DNA of 64,000 bases from Ferruginibacter sp. Lineage in GTDB: Bacteria > Bacteroidota > Bacteroidia > Chitinophagales > Chitinophagaceae. The position numbers were made by a program, and so were the translations under genes. Below, one piece after another: positions 42,248 through 51,072 of this stretch. Within the stretch, counting starts at the first letter, position 1. The number at the start of each line of letters is the position of its first letter. The DNA lies in NCBI GenBank assembly GCA_013141115.1, contig JABFRP010000002.1, forward strand, positions 834,389 through 898,388. The letters are read 5' to 3'. The notes beneath the pieces are model-generated. The model worked only from the letters and a program-made list of their open reading frames with translations. It did no database searches and was not told the origin of the DNA.

Positions 42248-43696
42248 TCACTCTCCCACCACTTCCTCTTTCCGCTTCCTGAATTTTTTTGGATCGCTTC
42301 CATCCATCTGTACAATGGCCGGATAAAATTTACCCAACACATCCACCAACGTTGTCTGACTTTGCATCACTTCATTAATATCCTTGTAGGCAAATGGTGC
42401 TTCATCCAAGCCACCGCCAATTAATTTTACACCATGAGATGCCAATTCTTTTTTTAATGCTTCTTGTGTGATGTTAGCCAACGCTTTGGTACGACTCATT
42501 TTTCTTCCTGCACCGTGAGAAGCAGAATTTAAAGAAGCCATTTCGCCTTTACCTTTTACAATAAAGCCCGGTGCCGTCATAGAGCCAGGAATGATTCCTA
42601 ATACATCTTTACCTGCAGGTGTGGCACCTTTACGATGCACAATTACTTCGTTACCATTATACATTTCTTTCCATGCAAAGTTGTGGTGATTCTCTACCAC
42701 TGCCAATGGTTTTTCTCCAATAGCTTTTGCAATTTTTGCATGTATGGTGTGGTGACAGGCACTTGCATAATCACCTGCTAAATTCATGGCCAACCAATAT
42801 TCCATTCCTTCTTCCGTATCTAAATCCAGCCATGCCAAATGTTTGGCTTCTTTTGGCAACACCGTTTTTTGCATCGCAATTTGTGTGTAGTGGTTAGCAA
42901 TGTTGGCGCCTAATCCACGGCTTCCGCTATGGCTTAACAGTCCAACATAATTACCCACTGCCAAACCCATTGAATTTGTTGCATCCGTAATTTCAACTTT
43001 ACCAAATTCTACAAAATGGTTACCGCTACCGGAAGTACCTAATTGCTTTAATGCTTTATGTTGCAATGGTTGTAAAAAAGCAATGTCGTTGAATTCAGTT
43101 CTGTCCAATACTTCATGCTCTGTTCTTTCTGTAAACTCTCTTCCTGCACCAAACAAAGTATTGGCCACTAATTCTCTTTGAAAGTTAGCTTGTCTTTTTT
43201 TCAACTCATCAGGGTTGATGGCGAAAATGCTTAAACACATTCTGCAACCAATATCAACACCAACCGCATAAGGAATAATGGCATTGTTTGTTGCCAGCAC
43301 ACCACCGATTGGTAAACCATAACCCTGGTGTGCATCGGGCATTAATGCACCAGCAACAGCCACAGGTAATTTTGCGGCAATTTTCATTTGTGCCAATGCG
43401 CCTTCTTCAATATGCTTTGCACCAAAGACATTATAATCCACTCCCTTTTCATTCAACGGAATTTCTATTGCTTCAGCTTCTTCCACTACAATTAATTTTT
43501 CTGCTATCTTCCCCAACACTTCATCTGCCAAATAATTTTCTGGTGCAGCTAATACATCTTTCAATATCTGTAATGCTTCTTCTTCAGTTGAATGTTTAAA
43601 GTGCGTACACATGGTATGCATCGCCACACTTACCACCGGCCCTTCTTCGTAGCCAATAGCACGGATCTGTTTTCCTGTTAATTTTAATTTGCTCAT
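42248..43696 (-). CDS. rtcB: RtcB family RNA 3'-phosphate/5'-OH ligase
   Basis: 482 aa with RtcB motifs GSGNHFVEFG, HRKGAT and SASHGAGR, plus a ~60 aa N-terminal extension. Confidence 0.95.
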   Translation of the reverse strand: MSKLKLTGKQIRAIGYEEGPVVSVAMHTMCTHFKHSTEEEALQILKDVLAAPENYLADEVLGKIAEKLIVVEEAEAIEIPLNEKGVDYNVFGAKHIEEGALAQMKIAAKLPVAVAGALMPDAHQGYGLPIGGVLATNNAIIPYAVGVDIGCRMCLSIFAINPDELKKRQANFQRELVANTLFGAGREFTERTEHEVLDRTEFNDIAFLQPLQHKALKQLGTSGSGNHFVEFGKVEITDATNSMGLAVGNYVGLLSHSGSRGLGANIANHYTQIAMQKTVLPKEAKHLAWLDLDTEEGMEYWLAMNLAGDYASACHHTIHAKIAKAIGEKPLAVVENHHNFAWKEMYNGNEVIVHRKGATPAGKDVLGIIPGSMTAPGFIVKGKGEMASLNSASHGAGRKMSRTKALANITQEALKKELASHGVKLIGGGLDEAPFAYKDINEVMQSQTTLVDVLGKFYPAIVQMDGSDPKKFRKRKEEVVGE

Positions 43697-43778
43697 TTTG
43701 TTTTAATTATAAATCCTTTACTAAATATACTATAATGTTCTATTTTAATTTTGTAACTTGCTAATACAACAGTCAATC

Positions 43779-43973
43779 ATGCAACAGTCAACCACAGCAG
43801 AGAAATTCCAAAAGAGAACTGCTGAATACTTTATCGAAAAAGCAAAGCAGGCTAAGGGCAAAGAAAAATTTTTGGTTGCTCTTCAAAAGAGCAGGTATAT
43901 TTCTGATGCACTTCAAAATGGTTTATCTTTTTCCGATTTAAAAGAACAGGGCTTTAAGTTTGCAACCGTATAA
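43779..43973 (+). CDS. small hypothetical protein
   Basis: 64 aa from the ATG at 43779. Its stop overlaps the start of the next ORF. Confidence 0.4.
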   Translation: MQQSTTAEKFQKRTAEYFIEKAKQAKGKEKFLVALQKSRYISDALQNGLSFSDLKEQGFKFATV

Positions 43974-44481
43974 ATACATATTACTTAAGCCTGACTATTA
44001 CACTTTCACAACGATTGGCGGAACTGAATACCATTGTTATTTTTATACCTCCGAAGAAATTTTTTCCGATTATCCTTCACTATCTAAAAAAGTATTTGGT
44101 TTTAATATCGGTCTAAAAGATAACGTATCTCTTCAAAAAGGCCTTGATAAACGCATTGCTGCTACTGTTGTTACCATACTAAAAAACTTTATTGACGAAA
44201 AGAAAAATGCAGTAATATACATTTGTGATAATAGCGATGGCCGTGAAAAAGCCCGATATCATAAATTCTCACACTGGTTTCGTCAATATAATGACGGCAG
44301 TATTATACAGCTTAAAGGCGTTGTTCGTGCCGGTGGAACCAACATATTGAATGCATTACTGATTCATAAAGAAAATAAATACCTAAACGACTTTATTGAA
44401 GCCTACGAAATACTAACAGGTGCTTATACCAAACCAGATGATGATGAACTACAAAATATTTTGAATGACCCGGAATGGTAA
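43960..44481 (+). CDS. hypothetical protein
   Basis: 173 aa ORF with a TTG start coupled to the preceding small ORF. No family recognised. Confidence 0.45.
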   Translation: MQPYKYILLKPDYYTFTTIGGTEYHCYFYTSEEIFSDYPSLSKKVFGFNIGLKDNVSLQKGLDKRIAATVVTILKNFIDEKKNAVIYICDNSDGREKARYHKFSHWFRQYNDGSIIQLKGVVRAGGTNILNALLIHKENKYLNDFIEAYEILTGAYTKPDDDELQNILNDPEW

Positions 44482-44503
44482 TTTGTAACAACCCATCTTT
44501 CAT

Positions 44504-45031
44504 TTACTGCGCCGGTATCTTCAACCCCATTGCTTTCATGGCCAGCAAGGCTTCTGCATTGCCTAAAGCATCGTTTACCGGGTTATGATCGTGGGTGGTT
44601 TTACGAAACAGTTTTTTCCATTCTGCGTTTAAGCCGGTATCCATCTTCATGCCGCAATACAGATCGCCAATGCGTCTTGCCGAAAACCCAAAAGGATTTT
44701 TACCCAGGTAAGTATGAAAATACCAGTTGATCCATTGCCAGTCGAATGCCGGGTTATCGCTAATAAATATTGGACGATTCTTTGAATTTTCCGATAACCA
44801 TTTGGCAAAATCCTCCATCACTTTTTTAGGATCTTCAAATTGTTCGTGCTCCTGCCTGCTTATACCGCTTACCGCCAATGCTTCGGGAATCCATTGTTCC
44901 GAAATAGGTTTTGTTTTACCGTAAAAGGTTTTGCTTAATGTTGGCTCCAGCACTACGGCACCAAAGCATACCATCGAATAGGCATGTGGTATGGGACCAT
45001 CTGATTCAACATCTACTATAATGTAACTCAT
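44504..45031 (-). CDS. DEDD-type 3'-5' exonuclease (DnaQ/RNase T-like)
   Basis: 175 aa with IIVDVESDG (ExoI), FISDNPAFDW (ExoII) and HDHNPVNDA (ExoIII, DEDDh). Confidence 0.8.
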   Translation of the reverse strand: MSYIIVDVESDGPIPHAYSMVCFGAVVLEPTLSKTFYGKTKPISEQWIPEALAVSGISRQEHEQFEDPKKVMEDFAKWLSENSKNRPIFISDNPAFDWQWINWYFHTYLGKNPFGFSARRIGDLYCGMKMDTGLNAEWKKLFRKTTHDHNPVNDALGNAEALLAMKAMGLKIPAQ

Positions 45032-45060
45032 TGTTTTTGTTTTAAAATTTTAAATAATTT

Positions 45061-45113
45061 TGATACCAGCTTTAGTTTTTTATGGCATCATCGTTGCGTC
45101 GCACTCTTGTACG
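45061..45113 (+). repeat. short interspersed repeat, copy a
   Basis: tgataccagctttagttttttatggcatcatcgttgcgtcgcactcttgtacg is about 90 percent identical over ~45 nt to 47470..47516. Confidence 0.7.
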
Positions 45114-45147
45114 ACATAATTCTATTGAACTTTTATCAAAGCCTAGA

Positions 45148-45504
45148 TTAATGCCAATCATGATGGCAAAACCTGCATTGTTTTGCTAAAGGAGTTCTTG
45201 CTATTTTATTACATTTAGGACATAGGTTTAATTCCAGCTCCTCTTTATGCGCATTAAAAATCCTTTTTGCAATTCTCAATTTATAAGCCTCATAACCATC
45301 ATTTGTTAGCTCACTTATATTTTTATCACAAAGAATATCTCCCCCTTCTGTTAACACTTTATACATTAAGAGATTAGCTGCTTCGCTTTCAATTGCAGAG
45401 GCCGGCACTTTTACTGAAGCAAAGTTTACTTTTCGCCAGAAATATTTGCCACAATAATTAAAAATATATTCTACCAACTCTGGATAGAGTTTATCACTCG
45501 CCAT
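45148..45504 (-). CDS. hypothetical protein with a C-terminal zinc ribbon
   Basis: 118 aa with CPKC-x13-CRFC. Its start overlaps the stop of the upstream nucleotidyltransferase gene. Confidence 0.55.
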   Translation of the reverse strand: MASDKLYPELVEYIFNYCGKYFWRKVNFASVKVPASAIESEAANLLMYKVLTEGGDILCDKNISELTNDGYEAYKLRIAKRIFNAHKEELELNLCPKCNKIARTPLAKQCRFCHHDWH

Positions 45505-46558
45505 AATGCACCTCCCTTATTTTAATTAATAACTCATTTATACTTTCTACATTGGGTTCATCCTGCAAATTGGATTGCTGATACAACAAAGGCAACTCAT
45601 CCTTCATTGCTTCCGCCTGTTGCACTAAGTCATCATACTCAAATTTGCCTTCTTTTATAGCCAGTAGAAAATCTCTGTCTTTTCTGAAAACATTTATTCT
45701 TCCTTCTACAGCAATTTCTTTTGCCATCAGTAAAAGCCGGAACACATGCATCATATTTTTTGAGTCGTACTTTTTACCATGCTGCATGGTGGTATCATAG
45801 CGTTGCTCATTGCGTTTTGCCACCCAATCCCAATACTCTTTATGTTGTTTGCAATAGATAGAATAGGCATCTTTATTAAAATACAACATCGCTATCGGCT
45901 TTTCTCCTTTGGGAATGCTGCTTAAACTTACTTCGTTGGCATTGTCTTTTTTTGCTACGCCGGAATAATTCAATTCGTTGGAGTAATACAAATTGTAACA
46001 ATCCCTTAGATGCGCTATGGCTGCTAAACCTATTTTGCTTTGCTCCAACCCTTTTTCTTGCAGGTATTTTTTTAAAGGCAGGGCCTCTGCATCTTCATGT
46101 ACAAAACAAAAATCCAGTACCGACTTTCTTTCTTCTTCAACAGGGTTTACTATTTTCTTTTCCAATCCATAGGCTTTTTTTATTTGTGTAAAAGCATAAT
46201 TGGCAAAACTCTGTTCACATTGTTTAGATATAAACATTCCCGGTTGCAGCATATCCATGATGGGATGTTTTTGCAAAATACATTTCTCCGGTACATTCAG
46301 CATCTCCAATATATTAGGGTTGCTTTTCGATAACAATTCCATGAACCTTTTCAATTCGTAATACACAATATCATTGCTATCGTTGTTTACCTGCGCTGTA
46401 TATTCCAAACCATAAAACATATCCTTTGGCAGCACAAACACACCTTTGATATCGGTATCCGATGTTGGGGTATCCAGTCCATAAGACCTGCTGCCGGTTA
46501 TTACTTCAAAAACCAGCAGCCCGTTATTTTTTATCCATTCAATGGTTAGCTTTTGCAT
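45494..46558 (-). CDS. pol-beta superfamily nucleotidyltransferase, RlaP-like (long paralog)
   Basis: 354 aa with the motif ITGSRSYGLDTPTSDTDIKGVF (GS...DxD). Confidence 0.75.
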   Translation of the reverse strand: MQKLTIEWIKNNGLLVFEVITGSRSYGLDTPTSDTDIKGVFVLPKDMFYGLEYTAQVNNDSNDIVYYELKRFMELLSKSNPNILEMLNVPEKCILQKHPIMDMLQPGMFISKQCEQSFANYAFTQIKKAYGLEKKIVNPVEEERKSVLDFCFVHEDAEALPLKKYLQEKGLEQSKIGLAAIAHLRDCYNLYYSNELNYSGVAKKDNANEVSLSSIPKGEKPIAMLYFNKDAYSIYCKQHKEYWDWVAKRNEQRYDTTMQHGKKYDSKNMMHVFRLLLMAKEIAVEGRINVFRKDRDFLLAIKEGKFEYDDLVQQAEAMKDELPLLYQQSNLQDEPNVESINELLIKIREVHYGE

Positions 46559-47297
46559 ACAACATTTTTAAAAAGAATTCATTTAGTAACCCCATGTCGG
46601 CATTATTTACCGCCAGGTTTTCTTTTCCGGCTTCTATGTACTCAAACAAATTCAATATCCATTCATTTAATTTTTCATCCTTTTTGTGCAAATACTTTTC
46701 GCCAACAGTTGCCTTCAATGCTATTAATGTTCTCAATCTTTCCCTGTACTCTTCTTCCACATATTTCATCAGGCCTTCTATATGCATGGGCAAAACAGTA
46801 TTGTCTTTTATTATCCAGTTGCAGGAAAGTAAAGACCGTATCAAATAGAAATAACTTTTCAACTTCAACTCTTCCTTATCTTTCAGCTCTTCCCAAAACT
46901 TTATTGCCAGGGAATAGTGATGAAAGAAAACTGCGATGGGGGAATAATAACTGCCGACCAGCATTTTAAACTCCTCCTTAAAACCCGGCACCAAAAAATA
47001 TTCTATCGGCGAATTAAACCTTTCTATCAACGGTGCATTGGATTTTTTAAGCAGGGTTAGGGATTTTCTAAGATCCCAGCCTGTTATATCCAGGTCGCCA
47101 TCCATTATCTCTACCGTATCTTTTTTTACACTCAACGATAAATACCAATCCCGTTCATGCATGTATATAAAGCGGATATCAAAATCGCTATCCGGCGAAG
47201 GAAAGCCCCAGGCCCTGCTACCCGTCTCGCAGGCATAGAGGATTTTGATGTTTTTACTTTGTTCTATTTCGGTTAGTATGTGTTTTATGTTTTGCAT
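46539..47297 (-). CDS. pol-beta superfamily nucleotidyltransferase, RlaP-like (short paralog)
   Basis: 252 aa with the motif ETGSRAWGFPSPDSDFDIRFIY. It overlaps the next gene by 20 nt. Confidence 0.75.
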   Translation of the reverse strand: MQNIKHILTEIEQSKNIKILYACETGSRAWGFPSPDSDFDIRFIYMHERDWYLSLSVKKDTVEIMDGDLDITGWDLRKSLTLLKKSNAPLIERFNSPIEYFLVPGFKEEFKMLVGSYYSPIAVFFHHYSLAIKFWEELKDKEELKLKSYFYLIRSLLSCNWIIKDNTVLPMHIEGLMKYVEEEYRERLRTLIALKATVGEKYLHKKDEKLNEWILNLFEYIEAGKENLAVNNADMGLLNEFFLKMLYAKANH

Positions 47298-47316
47298 TGT
47301 TTATTTTTTTGCTTCC

Positions 47317-47464
47317 TGCCCCATCGGGGGATACGTTGGTAGAAAAATCAATCCGCATTAAGGAAGTCCCGTAGGGACGACAGGTATCTTGCGTCCCTAC
47401 GGGACTTGTGCATTCCGGACGAACTTCTTTTCTACCCACCTTATGTCCCGATGGGACAAGGGCA
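47317..47464. repeat. 148-bp imperfect palindromic (MITE/REP-like) element
   Basis: The central perfect 16-bp stem is aagtcccgtagggacg (47364-47379) paired with cgtccctacgggactt (47392-47407). The outer arms also pair (ggtagaaaa/ttttctacc, catcgggg/cccgatgg). Confidence 0.7.
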
Positions 47465-47469
47465 GTTTT

Positions 47470-47516
47470 TGATACCGGCTTTTGTTTTTTATGGCATCAT
47501 CGTTGCATCGCAATCC
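47470..47516 (+). repeat. short interspersed repeat, copy b
   Basis: tgataccggcttttgttttttatggcatcatcgttgcatcgcaatcc matches copy a. Confidence 0.7.
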
Positions 47517-47535
47517 TTTCATTGTTGTAATGCTA

Positions 47536-48162
47536 TTAAGCATAAATACCATCAGCATATGATTCACTTGCGGTGAATTTATAATTATTGATTTTTTCAG
47601 AAATAGCATCTAGAAAACGTTTTAGCTTAAGCATTAATAAGGCAAAATTTCTAACATTTAATAAAGTTGGTTTTTTTGAAAGATTTCCTTTCTTATCCAA
47701 AGGGTATCTATAAGCCATTGAAAAGCTATCGCCATCTGAGAGCTGCTTAATTATGATTGCTGCATCAGTAAAACTCTTTTTTAAAATATTTTTTGAGTCC
47801 TTTTTTGAATATAGTTTTATGAATTCAACCCAAAGATTTTTTAAGTCGTGATTTGTAGGGAAATTTGTATTCTGATTTAAACAATAATTTAAACTCCATA
47901 TAAACTCCTTCAATTTTAGTTCAATGCTATGCCTATATAAATATATAATAGGATAGACCAATAAATCTTTAGCCCTTTCTTCTTTAATATATGACATAAC
48001 TAATAATTCCGCAGCATCGAAATAACCCAAGTTGTAAACTGCAAATCTATGAGATTCTTCATAATCCAAGATTGCATTATTCCTCATATCACTACAGTCA
48101 CTCCTAAATAATTTATCGCCTTTTTCTAATAAAGGTGATTTCCAAATAAATTTCCTTGCCAT
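47536..48162 (-). CDS. hypothetical protein in the AT-rich cassette
   Basis: 208 aa ORF. Local composition is clearly more AT-rich than the neighbouring genes. No family assigned. Confidence 0.5.
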   Translation of the reverse strand: MARKFIWKSPLLEKGDKLFRSDCSDMRNNAILDYEESHRFAVYNLGYFDAAELLVMSYIKEERAKDLLVYPIIYLYRHSIELKLKEFIWSLNYCLNQNTNFPTNHDLKNLWVEFIKLYSKKDSKNILKKSFTDAAIIIKQLSDGDSFSMAYRYPLDKKGNLSKKPTLLNVRNFALLMLKLKRFLDAISEKINNYKFTASESYADGIYA

Positions 48163-48192
48163 ATTTATAATTAAGTATTTTTAACCTCTTTT

Positions 48193-49042
48193 CTATAAAT
48201 CGCTGAACATATCTTTCAAATATTCAAAGGGTTTCATTTTACTTTTTTTAATTGAATCTAATCCTTTAGTTATTGCTTCGTAAAAATTATTTGTTTGAAA
48301 ATCAATTTTAAGTTGCTCAATCTGCTTCTGCGATTCTTCTTCTTTTTTAGATAACTCTCGTAAAAAAAATATGCCTGCATTTCTAACTTTTTCAAGTCTG
48401 ATAACAACTTCCCGAAATTCTTTCTCTGAAATTTGAATTGGGTTTTTTAATTCATCATTATAATCGCAATAAAAGCCTCTTTGTCTGAATAAATCTACCT
48501 TAGAAAACCAATTTAATTCTCTTCTAAGAATTATTATCTTTCTTAAAAAAGTAAAATTTATACTTGTCCAAAATAAAATTTTTATCATCTCTCATTCCCT
48601 TAATTAGGTTATTCACATGTTCGGGATTATCATTCATTTTTTTAATTATTTTCTTTAATTCATCGCCTGCCAAAGAAATTATAAATATGAAATACGCAAT
48701 TACATACCTTATCTCATGATTCCTGAAGAAAGAGTCAATCCCTTTCGATTTTCTAAAATCAAATCCATTGCCATCTAAAAAAACTATAATTGCTTTTATA
48801 AGTTCTTCAATACTTATGATTGAAGCTGAAATACCCAAGCCAAAATCTCCGTTTTTGGCAAGAACCATTCCTGACTCCCAGCGTCTATCGGAGTTTTCTA
48901 AAATATCATTGTAAACAATTAAGCATTCTTTTCTTGAAATGTTTAAAAATGTTTTACCCTCCATACTTGTTGCTTTAAATTTGTCTAATAAAATTAATTT
49001 AATCACCTGATTCCCCTTTATTAAATATCTATCTATATGCAA
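48193..49042 (-). pseudogene. AbiV/HEPN-like gene apparently split by a frameshift (ORFs 48524..49042 and 48193..48588)
   Basis: The two ORFs overlap by 65 nt. The junction contains the homopolymers TTTTTT and AAAAA. The upstream part has a GLGISASIISIEELIKA helix and the downstream part has SKVDLFRQRGFYCDY, resembling AbiV-type proteins as I recall them. Confidence 0.4.
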
Positions 49043-49088
49043 TTGCCATCACAGCCAATCTTCTCCGCTTCAATAAAAGCTCAATAAA

Positions 49089-49136
49089 GGTATGCCGTAT
49101 CCCGATACATCGGGAAGTGACACAACGATGATGAGC
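49089..49136 (-). repeat. short interspersed repeat, copy c (inverted relative to copy d)
   Basis: The reverse complement gctcatcatcgttgtgtcacttcccgatgtatcgggatacggcatacc matches 61709..61754. Confidence 0.7.
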
Positions 49137-49245
49137 AGAATTACAAAAGCCCGTCCCAAAAAAGAACCACGATTGAACTGATTAAAAGGATTTGACTGAT
49201 TTAGTCCTTTTCAGGTAAATCAGCCAAATCATAAAAATCATGGTT

Positions 49246-50349
49246 CTATTTCTGCACCACAAATATCTGTTTCAACTGTTCTATCAATGAACCATTACCA
49301 CTTACGCTGATCTCACCAATTTTGTCGGCAATTTTTTCAACGTATTCCATCTCTTTCAATTTCCACAACATGGTATTGTCTTCCATTAATTTGGCAGTGT
49401 TTAACAAACTACGGGTGCTGGCGGTTTCTTCACGCCGCATGATGCTGTTGGCCTGTGCATTTTTTTCTGCCACCAACACTTTGTTCATGATGTCTTTTAC
49501 ATCGCCTGGCAAAATGATATCCCGGATACCGAAACCATTTACTGCAACACCTAAATCTTCGGCAGTATTTTTTATTGCTTCCAAAATAAATGGCACAATG
49601 GTATCTTTTTTCTCCAGCAATTCGTCAAAGCCCAAACCACCAATGTACTCCCGCAATGCCAACTGAAAAGCCACATACAACTGCCGTTCGTAATCTTTGT
49701 TTTGCAACAACGCTTTTTCAATATCGGCCACTTTGTACTGGGCATAACCGTTGATACGCAATGCAGCTTTGTCTTTGGTCAAAATTTCCTGACCGTTGAT
49801 TTCTATTTGCTGCATACGGGTATCGGCTTTACCCACTACAATGGTGATGCTGTTTTTCCACCAGTAGTAAATACCGGCTGGCAATATTTGTGCATACTTT
49901 CCATCAATGAACAAGATGGCTTGCTCATAGTTTTCTACAGTGTAGCTACGCACATAAGGCGCTACCAATTTGTTTTGCAATACGGCACGGCTGATGTTTT
50001 CAGTAATGTCTATTTTGCTGATATCTGCTTTAATAAATTCGTAGTTGTTGACTACGTTTTTCCAAAAAGCATAACGGCCTGCAGTTAATACCTGCTTTAA
50101 CAAACCATCCTGGTACTGCAACACTATTTCATTATCACTTACTTCAATTACCTGCAAGGCGTTGGCTAATGCAGTATCCTGCAATAAAATGTTTAATTCT
50201 GTAGCGGCATAAAATGGTTTGGTTACATCATGTATCATCACGGTTTCATTAAACCACAACCAATAGTTCCCTTCAGTCAACATTTTTTTGTACTCGCCAT
50301 TTTTAAATACCAATGCTATTTGGTAGGCGTTGATTTTTACTTGTTTCAT
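49246..50349 (-). CDS. SPFH/Band-7 (slipin family) protein without a TM anchor
   Basis: 367 aa with a C-terminal SPFH core (GIRDIILPGDVKDIMNKVLVAEKNAQAN). The N-terminus has three repeats of G.Y...L..G.Y..W.N. Confidence 0.85.
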   Translation of the reverse strand: MKQVKINAYQIALVFKNGEYKKMLTEGNYWLWFNETVMIHDVTKPFYAATELNILLQDTALANALQVIEVSDNEIVLQYQDGLLKQVLTAGRYAFWKNVVNNYEFIKADISKIDITENISRAVLQNKLVAPYVRSYTVENYEQAILFIDGKYAQILPAGIYYWWKNSITIVVGKADTRMQQIEINGQEILTKDKAALRINGYAQYKVADIEKALLQNKDYERQLYVAFQLALREYIGGLGFDELLEKKDTIVPFILEAIKNTAEDLGVAVNGFGIRDIILPGDVKDIMNKVLVAEKNAQANSIMRREETASTRSLLNTAKLMEDNTMLWKLKEMEYVEKIADKIGEISVSGNGSLIEQLKQIFVVQK

Positions 50350-50648
50350 TTTGTTTGTTATTATGCCCGCTGATTTCGCAGATGGCGCTGATTAAATTTT
50401 GTTTTAAATAAAGTTGAAATTGGTTGCCATTCTGTAATCACGGAAATGCTTGGTTAACAGATTCTGGCTGACAGTTGTTTTACTATTATTTACCAAAATA
50501 ATTTTAGTAACGTTTAAATAAACCAAGTGTCATTTGTTACCTGCTAATTTTGTCATTTGCAAAGCGTTTACTGAATTTGCTTTGCTGTAAAAGTTGCAAC
50601 AACTTTACAAACAGCGGGCAACGCAATTTCAACTTTAATGGATCACCA

Positions 50649-50720
50649 TTTTTTAAGAAGCGGTGTACTTCTTTACGCTACATTAACGGTGTAGTGCTCT
50701 ACCAATTGAGCTATCCGAGC
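50649..50720 (-). ncRNA. tRNA-like element A (Asn-GTT-like 5' two-thirds, aberrant 3' part)
   Basis: The minus strand reads GCTCGGA-TA-GCTCAATTGGTAGAGC-A-CTACA-CCGTTAA-TGTAG, then AGAAG-TACACCG-CTTCT. No 3' strand complementary to GCTCGGA is present. Confidence 0.5.
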
Positions 50721-50786
50721 TGGATTTCGGAAAGGGATTCGAACCCTAACAATTGTTGTTGCTCTAACCAACTGAGCTATCCTGTT
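50721..50786 (-). ncRNA. tRNA-like element B (D arm, T arm and encoded T-CCA tail, mini anticodon arm)
   Basis: The minus strand reads AACAGGA-TA-GCTCAGTTGGTTAGAGC-(AACAA-CAA-TTGTT)-AGGG-TTCGAAT-CCCT-TCCGAAA-T-CCA. The 5' and 3' acceptor strands pair at only 3 of 7 positions. Confidence 0.5.
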
Positions 50787-50787
50787 T

Positions 50788-50812
50788 TACCAGGAGAAGG
50801 ACTTGAACCTTC
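50788..50812 (-). ncRNA. tRNA-like element C (isolated T arm plus 3' acceptor strand)
   Basis: GAAGG-TTCAAGT-CCTTC-TCCTGGT-A on the minus strand. I could not fold a D or anticodon arm upstream of it. Confidence 0.35.
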
Positions 50813-51005
50813 GACACACAACGTGATGGCTGGCGTACCTTACAGCAACAATAGCATACAGATAGTTACTACGTCTGCACTGTTGTGTTTTAAAACACTA
50901 ACCTGGTTTGCTTTCTGAAGGTGTATACCAGTCTTGCTGTTAAGCAAGCTTTTGAATTGAATTTTTACTTCAACAATATTTTAAAGAACTTCTTGTTTTA
51001 CTTTG

Positions 51006-51061
51006 ATAACACAAATCTCCAACCTATGTGTGCAATTTATTTGCACAGTAAAAATTATTTT
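51006..51061. promoter_or_regulatory. 56-bp duplicated promoter/operator-like element, copy 1
   Basis: 50 of 56 nt are identical to 52012..52067. It contains the palindrome tgtgcaa-N5-ttgcaca (51029-51047). Confidence 0.55.
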
Positions 51062-51072
51062 TTATTTTTTTG

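Noticed and set aside
47254-47609. Track ORFs 47254..47439 and 47397..47609 (-).
   Set aside because: They cover the palindromic element and the interspersed repeat. They are arginine/proline-rich translations typical of repeat DNA.
50714-50795. Circularly permuted tRNA units. The 3' acceptor strand of element C pairs with the 5' strand of B, and that of B pairs with the 5' strand of A.
   Set aside because: Only 5-bp hairpins result, and 3 of those pairs come from the shared GGA/TCC ends. Recombination or deletion between once-paralogous neighbouring tRNA genes explains the pattern equally well. It is noted but not claimed.
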